A program made the translations under genes and the position numbers. A DNA stretch of 37,663 nt from Holophagaceae bacterium (GTDB lineage: Bacteria; Acidobacteriota; Holophagae; Holophagales; Holophagaceae), in NCBI GenBank assembly GCA_003158505.1, contig PMJK01000047.1, positions 10,435-48,097 on the forward strand. The letters are read 5' to 3'. The number at the start of each line of letters is the position of its first letter. Position 1 is the first letter of the stretch. Of this stretch, positions 17,634-26,752 are shown piece by piece. Below the pieces are notes generated by a model. That model was not told the DNA's origin. It saw only the letters and a list, made by a program, of their open reading frames with translations, and searched no databases.

Positions 17634-20600
17634 TCAGGTCCCGGCCCCCTCCGGATCCTGTTGGACAAGGATGGGGTTGGCCCCTGTTTGAATGCGAAGG
17701 ATCGCGTCCAGGTCCGTCGCTGCGCCTGGGTGGGTTTCCGGCTGGACCAGGGGAAGAGCGACCCTGAACATGGATCCCACATCGACGGTACTCTCCACCT
17801 CGATGCGGCCACCGTGAGCCTCCACGATCGAGCGGCAGATGTAGAGGCCCAATCCCCAGCCCTTCTTGGCATCCACTTCCTGGCCTTGCTGGAACGGGTT
17901 GAATAGCCGGGCGCATTGATGTTTGGGGATGCCCCGCCCCGTGTCCCAGACCTCCAGGATCCACTCCCTCTCCCCGAGGGAACTCCGCACACCCACCTCT
18001 CCTGTGGATCGGGTGAATTTGAGGGCGTTTTCCACGAGGTTGAACAGCACCTGCTGCATGGCGACAGGATCGAGGAGGATGTCCGCCTCCAAAGAAGCGG
18101 GGTCAAGACTCAAGTGGGTTCGAAGCCCCCGGGCCTCCGCCTTCAACGTCAGTGTGCCCTCCAGACTCTTGAGGATCTCCCTGGGGTGGCCGGCCTGCAG
18201 CGAAAGCTTGTCCGCCAGGGAATCTCCCCGGTTCCGGTCCAAGACGGCCTTGATAATGGCCTCCAGCCGCTTCGCCTCATGGGCCAGGACGCTGTACAAC
18301 TTCTGGACCTTGGGTTGGAGCCCCTCGGGATAACCCTGAAGCCTTTCGACACTGAGGAGGATGCTCGTCAGGGGGGACCGCAGGTCATGGCTCACCGTGT
18401 TGATCATCCCCATCCGCGACTCGAGCGTGTTCCGGAGTTCACGGTGGATCCATTCCATGGACTGGTTCCGAAGGGCCAATTCCTGGGTTCTTCCCTCCAG
18501 TTCCCGGGTGCGTGCCTGGACCTTATTCTCCAGGTCCCGGTTGTTCCGCTCGAGCTGCCGGAACCGCTGTTTGATCAGGGCAAAGCAGCCCAAGGCCAGC
18601 AGGACGATCCCAGCGCCCTTGGCCCAGAGGGTCAGGAACCAGGGCGGCTGGACCCTCAGCAGGACCGGTTGGGCTTCCCGCCAGGCCATTCCGTCCAGGC
18701 TCGCCCGGAAATGCAGCCGATGGGTGCCATAGCCCAACCCTCCGTAATTGATCCCGCCCAGGCCGGGTTCCAGGGGGTGCCAAGAAGCGCTCGGACCTTC
18801 CGACCTCGCCTCGAAGCGGACCGGAAAGGCGGTATTGGGGGAACCGGCGTCGACATGGACCGTAAGGCTCGTGATCCCGCGCGGCAGGGTCGCTTCCTTT
18901 GGCAACCAGGAAGATCCGCCTTCCCAGGTGACATCCAGCACCACAGGCGTCGGGGGAGGGAAGGTCGGGAAAGTCTCCTGGCGATCCAGGATGCAGACGC
19001 CCCCCACCATGCCGACCCAGAGCCGGCCCTGCTGGTCCTCCAGCGCCCCGGCCTGGTTGGTTTCGTCCGAAATCAGGCCCATCCGCCGGGTCAGATGGAA
19101 GACCCTCCCATCGAGGCTGACGAGGGTGATCCCCTTGGCGTGACCGATGGCCATCGTTCCCGTCGAGAGCCCGCGGATCCAGTTGATGCCGTAGAGGGGC
19201 TGGCCCCCTGCCTCCAGATTTGAAGTGGCCCAGGAGCCGTCCCCGGGCTCTCGCACCAGGAGGTCGTTGGAGGTCCCCACCCATAGGCGGTGGTTCTCAT
19301 CCACGTGAACGGCCAACACCTGTGACTTATCTGAGGGGTTGGCAGGAAAGGCCCGGCTGAAGGCTCCGTTCTTGAAACTGAACAAACCGAGGCTCGTGCC
19401 CACCAACAGGTCCTCATCCCGGGGCAGCAGGCAATGGACTGCGGAATAGCCGATCACGCCACGGGGGTCATGCAGCGCCAGGAAACGTCCCTTCGGATCC
19501 AATTCCGCCAGCCCCCGGTCCGTCCCCACCCATAGGCGGTCCTCCTGCCGAGCCATGCACTGGACGTGGGATGCTCCCAGTTCCTTGGGCCCCGGCAGGA
19601 GGCGGCCTCCGGAACCCAGGCGGTGCAATCCCTTGATCGTGCCGACCCAGGCTCCACCCTGGTCATCGGGGTAGAGTGCCCAGACATCCTCTGAAACCAG
19701 GCCATCCCGTCGACGCCACTGCTGGACGAGGCCCTTGCCTTCCTCCCAGAGGAACACGCCGTTGCTGCCGCCCACCAACATGCGTTTCCCGGGAAGCTCC
19801 AGGAAGCCGACCACGTTCCCAAGGCCCAGGTCGGCACCTGTATCCGGATGGCGGATCAGACTGTGGAGTCCCTGAAAAGGCTGGGTCCAGAGATAATCTC
19901 CATTGGTCCCGATCCACAGGGCCCCATGCCGATCACGGACCGCACAAAGGATCGAATCGCGACAGGGCAGACCCCGGGCATTGAGGAACTTGTAGGTGCC
20001 CTCGGGGCTCCGCAGGACGAGTCCATCGGACCCGAGCGCCAGGATGAGCTCGCCGTTGGACCCTATGGACAACTTCGTGAGGACCACCACCGGAGGCAAC
20101 CCTGGGAGCGATTCCACGCTCCACACACCCTCCTTGGTTCGCTTCAGCAGGCGCTCGGCCTGCAGAGCCCACAGCAGGCCCGAAGGATCCATCTTCAATT
20201 CGAGGATGGCACCGGGCTCGGTTCCCGGGGGCAGGGAGGCCTCCTCCAGCCGGGAACCATTCCAGCGGGCCAGGGTCCCCTTTCGAGTGCCGATCCAGAC
20301 CCCGTCTTCAGCGTCCACGGCGAGGGAGGTGATGGACTCGGAACGCCAGGGCTCAGGCAGGGGGACCCGTTCAAAGCGTTCCCCCCGGTTCTGGAACAAT
20401 CCCTGGTGGGATCCCACCAGGACCACACCCTGCCCGGTCTCCGCCAAGCAGTGGATGGCCTCGTTCTGGATTCCCTCATCCACGCCGAAGTTGGAGATCT
20501 GCCTCCCCCGGATCCGCGCAATCCCCCGCTCCTGGGAACCCACCCAGATGGAGCCCTCCCGGTCCTCCAACAGGCAGGTGACATACTTGGCCTTGAGCCC

Positions 20601-20993
20601 GTCCGCCGAATCAAAAAGCTGCGAGCCATTGGGTCCGAGGCGGACCAGTCCATCGCTCGTGCCTGCCCAGATGAACCCCTGCCGATCCTCCATCAGGGCC
20701 CAGATCTGGCTCTGGGGGAGGCCGTCCCGGTTGTCGAAATGGCGCATGGCCAGATCCTGGGCCCGGAGGGAACCCGCCAGGACCGCCCAAGCTGCGAACC
20801 GGACGAGCCAGCCTCGCCAGCCCCCCTTGGGCCTGCTCGCCCACCGCTCAGACAGGCCCTGCTTCCCACAGACCGATGGCCGTGGATCGCAGGGACTTGG
20901 ATGGGATTGGGATCGCATGGTTTCACAGGCCTTGGGCGCTGTCTCGGCATGGCGCTTCGTGAGGGTAATTTTGGGGATCAGAACATCTGCCAT
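17634..20993 (-). CDS. Sensor histidine kinase with periplasmic two-component regulator beta-propeller repeats and Y_Y_Y-like domain
   Basis: Repeated D..G.(I/L)W.GT..GL blades, GGINYGGLGYGTHRL..RA, VQPPWF + TM, SHDLRSPL, NLVENALKFT, DTGRGI, GLGL. True start probably downstream of 20993 (e.g. ATG 20918 or nearer the signal-like WLVRFAAWAVLAGSLRAQ). Confidence 0.88.
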   Translation of the reverse strand: MADVLIPKITLTKRHAETAPKACETMRSQSHPSPCDPRPSVCGKQGLSERWASRPKGGWRGWLVRFAAWAVLAGSLRAQDLAMRHFDNRDGLPQSQIWALMEDRQGFIWAGTSDGLVRLGPNGSQLFDSADGLKAKYVTCLLEDREGSIWVGSQERGIARIRGRQISNFGVDEGIQNEAIHCLAETGQGVVLVGSHQGLFQNRGERFERVPLPEPWRSESITSLAVDAEDGVWIGTRKGTLARWNGSRLEEASLPPGTEPGAILELKMDPSGLLWALQAERLLKRTKEGVWSVESLPGLPPVVVLTKLSIGSNGELILALGSDGLVLRSPEGTYKFLNARGLPCRDSILCAVRDRHGALWIGTNGDYLWTQPFQGLHSLIRHPDTGADLGLGNVVGFLELPGKRMLVGGSNGVFLWEEGKGLVQQWRRRDGLVSEDVWALYPDDQGGAWVGTIKGLHRLGSGGRLLPGPKELGASHVQCMARQEDRLWVGTDRGLAELDPKGRFLALHDPRGVIGYSAVHCLLPRDEDLLVGTSLGLFSFKNGAFSRAFPANPSDKSQVLAVHVDENHRLWVGTSNDLLVREPGDGSWATSNLEAGGQPLYGINWIRGLSTGTMAIGHAKGITLVSLDGRVFHLTRRMGLISDETNQAGALEDQQGRLWVGMVGGVCILDRQETFPTFPPPTPVVLDVTWEGGSSWLPKEATLPRGITSLTVHVDAGSPNTAFPVRFEARSEGPSASWHPLEPGLGGINYGGLGYGTHRLHFRASLDGMAWREAQPVLLRVQPPWFLTLWAKGAGIVLLALGCFALIKQRFRQLERNNRDLENKVQARTRELEGRTQELALRNQSMEWIHRELRNTLESRMGMINTVSHDLRSPLTSILLSVERLQGYPEGLQPKVQKLYSVLAHEAKRLEAIIKAVLDRNRGDSLADKLSLQAGHPREILKSLEGTLTLKAEARGLRTHLSLDPASLEADILLDPVAMQQVLFNLVENALKFTRSTGEVGVRSSLGEREWILEVWDTGRGIPKHQCARLFNPFQQGQEVDAKKGWGLGLYICRSIVEAHGGRIEVESTVDVGSMFRVALPLVQPETHPGAATDLDAILRIQTGANPILVQQDPEGAGT

Positions 20994-21110
20994 GACGACC
21001 CCTGTCGACCCGGTCGGCCCCGGGTCAGGCGAGCCGAGGGGAGGTCGCGGGGGGATTCCAGGGTGCAGGATGTAGACTCTGTCTCAGCTTTCCCTTGCTC
21101 AGGAGCTATC

Positions 21111-22400
21111 ATGCAGCTGAGCCAATGGGTTCTTGTCGGTCTACTGGCGATGCCCGCCGTTCTCGCGGCGCAAGCGGCGCCCATGAAAGCCATCCAGGGG
21201 GAGTTGGACCGGATCTACCCCGCCCTGGATGCCCTCTACCTGGACCTGCACCAGCATCCGGAGTTGTCCGGCCAGGAGGTGAAGACGGCCGTGAAGATGG
21301 CCGACCAGATGCGGAAGGCCGGGTTCGAGGTCACCACCGATGTCGGTGGCACCGGCGTGGTGGGCGTGCTGCGGAACGGCCAGGGGCCGACCCTCCTCCT
21401 CCGTACGGAACTGGACGCGCTGCCCGTGCAGGAGAAGACGGGGCTGGCTTATGCCAGCCAGGAACCCGGGGTCATGCACGCCTGCGGCCATGACCTCCAC
21501 ATGACCACCTTGACCGGTGCCGCCTCGGTCCTGAACCGTCTGCGGGACCGCTGGCGCGGCACCCTGGTCCTGGTGGCTCAGCCCGCGGAAGAGACCGTGG
21601 GCGGCGCCCGGGCCATGATCGCGGATGGTCTCTTCACCCGGTTCCCGAGACCCGATTTCGCCCTGGCGATCCACGACAGCGGCAGTGTCCCCGCGGGCCG
21701 GATCGCCTGGGTGGAGGGCTACGCCTACGCCAACGTGGACAGCGTGGACATCACCCTCTTCGGCAAGGGCGGCCACGGCGTCGCGCCCCACACCACGGTG
21801 GATCCCATCGTCCTCGCGGCCCGGACCATCCTCGCCCTGCAGACCCTCATCGCCCGGGAAAAGGACCCCATGGAACCCGGCGTGATCACCGTGGGCTCCA
21901 TCCACGCGGGCAACAAACACAACATCATCCCTGACGAGGCCAGGTTGCAGCTGACCGTCCGCAGCTACGCCCCGGCGGTGCGCAAGCAGCTGCTGGACGG
22001 CATCGTCCGCATCGTGAAGGCCGAGGCCACGGCAGGCCATTCCCCCAGGGAGCCCCTCATCGCGTTCAGCGAGGGCCAGGACGCGCTCTACAACGATCCG
22101 GCCTTCACCCGGCGGCTGGTGGCGGCCATCGGTAAAGGTTTGGGACCCGACAACGTGGTGGCGGGCAAGGCTGTCATGGGCGCCGAGGACTTCGGCGAAT
22201 TCGGGAAGGCCGCGGGCATCCCCTCGGCCATGCTCAGCCTCGGGGCCGTGGAACCGGTCCGGTTCAAAGCCGCCCTGGCCTCCGGAGAAGCGCTGCCCTC
22301 GCCCCATTCGCCCCTGTTCGCACCCGACAGGGAACGCAGCATCCGCACCGGCGCGGAGGCACTGATACTAGCGGCACTGGAGGTGCTGGCGGTGCCCTGA
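21111..22400 (+). CDS. M20D family amidohydrolase (hippurate hydrolase/ACY1-like) with signal peptide
   Basis: AGGAG before ATG 21111; LHQHPELS, ELDALP, MHACGHDLH, QPAEE, GGHG..PH, MGAEDF, HSPLF. Confidence 0.92.
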   Translation: MQLSQWVLVGLLAMPAVLAAQAAPMKAIQGELDRIYPALDALYLDLHQHPELSGQEVKTAVKMADQMRKAGFEVTTDVGGTGVVGVLRNGQGPTLLLRTELDALPVQEKTGLAYASQEPGVMHACGHDLHMTTLTGAASVLNRLRDRWRGTLVLVAQPAEETVGGARAMIADGLFTRFPRPDFALAIHDSGSVPAGRIAWVEGYAYANVDSVDITLFGKGGHGVAPHTTVDPIVLAARTILALQTLIAREKDPMEPGVITVGSIHAGNKHNIIPDEARLQLTVRSYAPAVRKQLLDGIVRIVKAEATAGHSPREPLIAFSEGQDALYNDPAFTRRLVAAIGKGLGPDNVVAGKAVMGAEDFGEFGKAAGIPSAMLSLGAVEPVRFKAALASGEALPSPHSPLFAPDRERSIRTGAEALILAALEVLAVP

Positions 22401-22685
22401 GGAAGGATCCAAGCGATCTGGAAGATCAGTCTGTATGAGACCAAGCGCGATCCCATCCATGAACGCACCGCAAGACCTGATGCCGCGACGATATTGAAAA
22501 CGCCGACTATGCCGTAGGCTTCCATACCCCCCAAGGAAGTGGCCCGCTTCCTCAGTGAAGCCATCAGCTTTGACTGTCATGAGCAGGCGGTCATGGGGGA
22601 TTTGATTATTGGTAAGGTCACGAAGAGAGAGCAAAGCTTCAAAAATCAATAGGCGGCGCTGAATCTCTGCGCTCCCTAATATCAT
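22401..22685 (-). other. Compositionally atypical segment, possible gene remnant (ORF 22368-22685 and an overlapping hydrophobic frame)
   Basis: Lower GC than host genes; 105-aa ORF starts 5 nt after GTTAAAC and runs into the amidohydrolase 3' end; no recognisable domain. Confidence 0.3.
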
Positions 22686-22761
22686 TGTCGGTTTAACGAA
22701 ATATGTTTATCGGACCAGGAGCTTGCGCCTTGGGTTGGGTTGAACGCAGAGGTGAAATTCA

Positions 22762-23607
22762 CTAGAAGGGAACTGAAAATGTTTCAAGGTCGGCCAGGAA
22801 GGATTCGACGCCATTATTCTTCCTCGAAAAGCATTTAGCGATAGGCATGATCATTCCTGTCCTTTCAATACGCTGTTTCATCTTGTTGACGCGTTCCACC
22901 CATGGCCCATCAAGCAGGACATAGTCACAACAATTTATCGGCATGGCCGCGTGCATTAGGTCAATGACATCATTTTTGGAGATTGATGCTGAACTGTCCA
23001 AGGTAAATCCTCGAAACAGCTCTCCCAAAATGACCATAGTTCTAGTTCGGTTATTGCCCGGGAGAGTAATCTTTGCCTTTCGAAGGTAATCGGAATCTTC
23101 CCGAATAGATTTGTGCCCTTCAATGATCATCTGGGTAACTTCGTCGATCGTTCGTGTCAGATCATTACGATTGATGTGAGTCATTGAGATGAAGCCTTCC
23201 ATGGTAAATCCATGGGGAGCGTCTTGGGCACGCTCCGCGAAGAGTTTGAGTTGTGGCAAATCAGCAGAAGGCCAAAACCTGCGGAGGCTGTTTTGTTCAC
23301 CTAGTTCTTGCTCATGAACCTTGTCCAGCGCAAAGTCCGTAAGAAACAGATTTGGCAAAAGGCGTTCAATAAATTGTTCTGCATTTGAACAATGTCGAGC
23401 ATCTTCCGCCCGAGTAAATTCACCGAGAGAAATATTTGAAAGAAGAAGAGTTCCTCCCTTAGACATAAGGGAGTTCACAAGCCGATCTTGAAGATAGTGA
23501 TCGTCAGAAAACAATCGAATAGCCCAATGATCAAGATAGACGGTTGGAGAATCGAAGCTCTGCCTCACATGAACGCCATCAGGAGCATCAAAGAAATTGA
23601 TTGGCAT
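22762..23607 (-). CDS. AT-rich hypothetical protein (281 aa), predicted PIN-like nuclease fold
   Basis: Long ORF in AT-rich DNA; VYLDHW, NISLGEF, NDVIDLMH, CDYVLLD give the D..E..D..D acidic pattern of PIN domains. CDS confident, fold inferred. Confidence 0.7.
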   Translation of the reverse strand: MPINFFDAPDGVHVRQSFDSPTVYLDHWAIRLFSDDHYLQDRLVNSLMSKGGTLLLSNISLGEFTRAEDARHCSNAEQFIERLLPNLFLTDFALDKVHEQELGEQNSLRRFWPSADLPQLKLFAERAQDAPHGFTMEGFISMTHINRNDLTRTIDEVTQMIIEGHKSIREDSDYLRKAKITLPGNNRTRTMVILGELFRGFTLDSSASISKNDVIDLMHAAMPINCCDYVLLDGPWVERVNKMKQRIERTGMIMPIAKCFSRKNNGVESFLADLETFSVPF

Positions 23608-23617
23608 ATAGTGAAAC

Positions 23618-24676
23618 CTAACGGTATTTGGCCGTCATAGCCTTCAGTGTCTTGGCGATGTGATCCCTCAGCGCTTTAGGCTCGATGACCTCCGCATCGG
23701 CCCCGAACTGCAGAACAAATCGAGTGGGGCCGGACAGTTCGGTGGCGTGGAAGCTCAGCAGTACGGTGCCGCCCTTTTCTTTGCGGACCGTGACGCCAGG
23801 CAGGGCGGGGGGGGCGTCCTGGAGGGCCTGGGGCCAGTTGGTGCCGCCGACGCGCACGCTCACGCGGAAGGGCGCCCCGGGGCTGAACCAGCCGCCGATC
23901 TGCAGGTCCCGGGCCTGCTCCATGGGGACCTTGTCAGGGATGAGGCCGCGCTTGCTGAGGGCCTTCGCCTCCTCGATGCGGGCCAGGCGGAAGTGCCGAG
24001 GTTCCTGCTTGGCGGGGTCCCAGGCCAGGAGGAAGGCGCCGCCGGAAAACACATCGTGGGTCAGGGTGAAGGGCACGACGGTACGGGCGCTGGTGCGCCC
24101 CGTGGACGCGGCCTTGTAGGTCAGCTCCAGCTCGCGGGGCCCTTCGGGATGGCCCAGGGCCAGCAGGACCTGGGTGAGCATTTTGGTGTCCAGGGCCTGC
24201 TGGTCGTCGGCGCCGCCGCGCACGCAGACGTGCGCCTGCAGGGCGCGGAAGAGATCCCGGTCGCGGGTGCTGAGGTGGCTGTCCGCCAGGGTGCGCAGGC
24301 CCTCCAGCTGATCGAACCAGAGCTCCGTAGCGGTGCCTTTCAGGGCCATGAGGGCAACCTCGAGTGCCATGCGGGCGTGGGGCGTGATGCGGCTATCCCA
24401 GTCCGGGGCCTTCTCCAAGGTGAAGTGGATGAGCGCGGGCCGGCCCTCCCGGCCCTTGCCGAAGCGGGCGCCCTGCTCCTCCAGCAACTGGATGGCACGA
24501 TCCACCGTGCGCATGGCCACGTCGCCTAGGCGGCGGGCTAGGCCCGCCTTGGTGATGCCCCGTCCTCCGGCATCGCGAATGGCCTCCAGCACCACCTGCA
24601 GCCGCTCCGGCTTCACCAGGTGGCCGCCGTCGGGCCGGGGGGATTCGAGGACTTTGCGGGACGCGGGACGGGTCAT
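23618..24676 (-). CDS. HTH-WYL-WCX transcriptional regulator (PafBC/DriD/BrxR/CapW-like)
   Basis: wHTH LARRLGDVAMRTVDRAIQLL; WYL core LTY..RTVVP..AFLLAWD..RHFRLARI; WCX VLQFGADAEVIEPKALR; GGAGG before ATG 24676. Confidence 0.9.
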   Translation of the reverse strand: MTRPASRKVLESPRPDGGHLVKPERLQVVLEAIRDAGGRGITKAGLARRLGDVAMRTVDRAIQLLEEQGARFGKGREGRPALIHFTLEKAPDWDSRITPHARMALEVALMALKGTATELWFDQLEGLRTLADSHLSTRDRDLFRALQAHVCVRGGADDQQALDTKMLTQVLLALGHPEGPRELELTYKAASTGRTSARTVVPFTLTHDVFSGGAFLLAWDPAKQEPRHFRLARIEEAKALSKRGLIPDKVPMEQARDLQIGGWFSPGAPFRVSVRVGGTNWPQALQDAPPALPGVTVRKEKGGTVLLSFHATELSGPTRFVLQFGADAEVIEPKALRDHIAKTLKAMTAKYR

Positions 24677-24742
24677 GGCGACCTCCGGACCCAGGATTGG
24701 CCAGCCAATGTCCAATGACAAGGGCTAGTTGTCGGGGCCGGA

Positions 24743-25873
24743 TCATCGGCCCAGGTGGAGTAGGTAGCCGGTCAGGCCCCCTCCGGCGATCACCCAGGTA
24801 GTGTTGACGCGCTGGCGGATGAGCAGCCAGGCGGCGGCTATGCCCAGGGCCACCGTCCAGGGCGAGGCCAGGGTGGCCCGGCCAAGGTCCCAGAGGGCCG
24901 TGGCCATGAGGCCCACGGCGGCGGCGTTCACTCCCTTCATGAAGGCCGAGACGGATGGTGACTTTCTGATCCGCGGCAGGAAGAATGCTCCGGCGCCCAC
25001 CAGCAGGAAGGCCGGCAGGAAGATGCCCATGGTGGCCACCAGGGCCCCGCGCCAGGAACCCAGCAGGTAGCCGATGAAGGTGGCTGTGGTGAACACGGGA
25101 CCCGGCGTCACCTGGCCCACGGCCACCGCGTCCAGCAGCTGCGTCTCCGTCAGCCAGCCCAGGCGATGCACCAGGTCGGTCCGCAGGTAGGCGATGAGCA
25201 CATAGCCGCTGCCGAAGAGGGTCGCGCCCACTTTCAGGAATACCCAGAAGAGACCACCCAGGCTGAAGGGCGCGGCCAGGGCTGGAAGTCCCGGCAACGG
25301 GAGCAGGGCCATTCCCAGGACGGATCCTGGGCGGGGCCGGGCGAGCATGAGGGAGATGACGCCGGCCCCCAGGATGAGCAGTGCCTCCTGGATGCCGAGA
25401 AAGCTCGACGCCAGGACCGCCAGGCCGAGCAGGACGTTGCGCCAGGTTCGCAGGGCCGAACGGCCCAGGTTCCAGACGGCCTGGGCTACGATGGCCAGCA
25501 CCACGGGCTTGATGCCCAGCAGGAACCCCTGGGCCGCGGGAAGCCGACCGAAGTGCACATAGAGCACGGCGAAGCCCAGGGTGAGCAGGGCCGCGGGCAC
25601 GATGAAGCAGAGGCCTGCCAGCACCAGTCCGCGCCATCCGGCCAGGGTGCGGCCGATGAAGATGGCCAGCTCCGTGGAATTGGGCCCGGGCAGCAGGTTG
25701 CAGAGGCCCAGGAGATCCAGGAAGGCAGCGTGGTCCATCCACTTCCGGCGGCGGACGACCTCCTCCTCCATCATGGCGATGTGGGCCGCGGGACCGCCGA
25801 AGGCCGTGAGGCCGAGCTTCAGGAAGAGCCCCGCGAGGGACTTCAGATGGCGCGGTGCCTGGACCTCATCCAT
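24743..25873 (-). CDS. chrA: Chromate efflux transporter (long-chain CHR family)
   Basis: FLKLGLTAFGGPAAHIAMM, LPGPNSTE, FGSGYVL, GQVTPGPVFTTATFIGY. Confidence 0.93.
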   Translation of the reverse strand: MDEVQAPRHLKSLAGLFLKLGLTAFGGPAAHIAMMEEEVVRRRKWMDHAAFLDLLGLCNLLPGPNSTELAIFIGRTLAGWRGLVLAGLCFIVPAALLTLGFAVLYVHFGRLPAAQGFLLGIKPVVLAIVAQAVWNLGRSALRTWRNVLLGLAVLASSFLGIQEALLILGAGVISLMLARPRPGSVLGMALLPLPGLPALAAPFSLGGLFWVFLKVGATLFGSGYVLIAYLRTDLVHRLGWLTETQLLDAVAVGQVTPGPVFTTATFIGYLLGSWRGALVATMGIFLPAFLLVGAGAFFLPRIRKSPSVSAFMKGVNAAAVGLMATALWDLGRATLASPWTVALGIAAAWLLIRQRVNTTWVIAGGGLTGYLLHLGR

Positions 25874-25969
25874 GCCCTCAGATCACCATGATCCCGGCAA
25901 AAAAGGCAAAGGCTTCTATCTCTCCAGGCAGGTTTGACTCGCGGGAGGGCGGCAGGGCGCGCCGTTCAT

Positions 25970-26587
25970 TCAGGACTGCCAGAACCCGAGGAAGGGACTG
26001 GGATCCCAGGGCGGTACCGTCTTCCGCCACCGGGCCGGACTTGCCAAAGACCCGCTGGACGGTGGTTCCAGCTCTGCATGGGCGCCGGCGTAGAGGGCGC
26101 TCCAGAGGGCGGCACGGATCGGGGCTTCTCCCAGCCGCGCCAGAGGCAATCCGACCTGGGTGGCATGGTCCCATCCGAGTTGCACATTGAGACGGCAGAG
26201 CCGCGCCATGATTTCGCCGTGGTCCAAGCCGGAGGTAAACGGCGTGGAGGCCTGCACCACTTGCTCCCGGAGATGGTAGGGTCCCCGCCCGACCTCGTCG
26301 TTGAAGCTTGAGCCGCCAAAAATCTCAGGTGGCACGGCCTGCCCGGCCGGATCCCAGGCCAGGCCGGAGGCGGCCGCGGCCACCTCGGCGGCCCAGTCCC
26401 AGGCCGTTCCCGTGGCGCTGAACACCACGGGGCCGGACTCGATGGCCAGCAGACCCAGGGCCACGCCTTCGACCCGGTTGCGAAGCTGGGCATAGCTCAA
26501 GGTTCCCCAGCCGGGGGCCGTGAGCGCCGGCCGCTCCTGCAGGCGGGCGGCACGCTGGATGAGAAGGTCGCGCAGGGTCTGGGTCAT
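25970..26587 (-). CDS. Hypothetical protein resembling a shortened AMP-binding (acyl-CoA synthetase) N-terminal domain
   Basis: TLRDLL..RA....RPAL.....TLSYAQLRNRVEGVALGL matches the A1 region of ANL enzymes; no TSGTTG loop; only 205 aa. Confidence 0.6.
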   Translation of the reverse strand: MTQTLRDLLIQRAARLQERPALTAPGWGTLSYAQLRNRVEGVALGLLAIESGPVVFSATGTAWDWAAEVAAAASGLAWDPAGQAVPPEIFGGSSFNDEVGRGPYHLREQVVQASTPFTSGLDHGEIMARLCRLNVQLGWDHATQVGLPLARLGEAPIRAALWSALYAGAHAELEPPSSGSLASPARWRKTVPPWDPSPFLGFWQS

Positions 26588-26752
26588 GGCCTGGTCAGTA
26601 TCGCAAGACGAGGGGTCACGGGCCAGCAGCCGGGCCAGACCCCGAAATCATTCTTCGGATCAACCCTGCATCCTCGAGGCGGGTCAGAAGGAGAGTCCAG
26701 AGTTCGTCCACCCTTTCGGAGCCTCACTCCGACCCCCATCCCGGAGGCCTGC

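Noticed and set aside
16526-18106. Long alternative ORFs (e.g. 16526-18106, 11461-12852, 24393-25742, 31223-32611, 17916-19223)
   Set aside because: Antisense or off-frame shadows of well-supported genes, expected in high-GC DNA; Arg/Pro/Gly-rich with no motifs.
19848-21110. 850-aa ORF 19848-22400 suggesting a large N-terminal extension on the amidohydrolase
   Set aside because: The extension is antisense shadow of the sensor kinase; a clear AGGAG + ATG and signal peptide occur at 21111.
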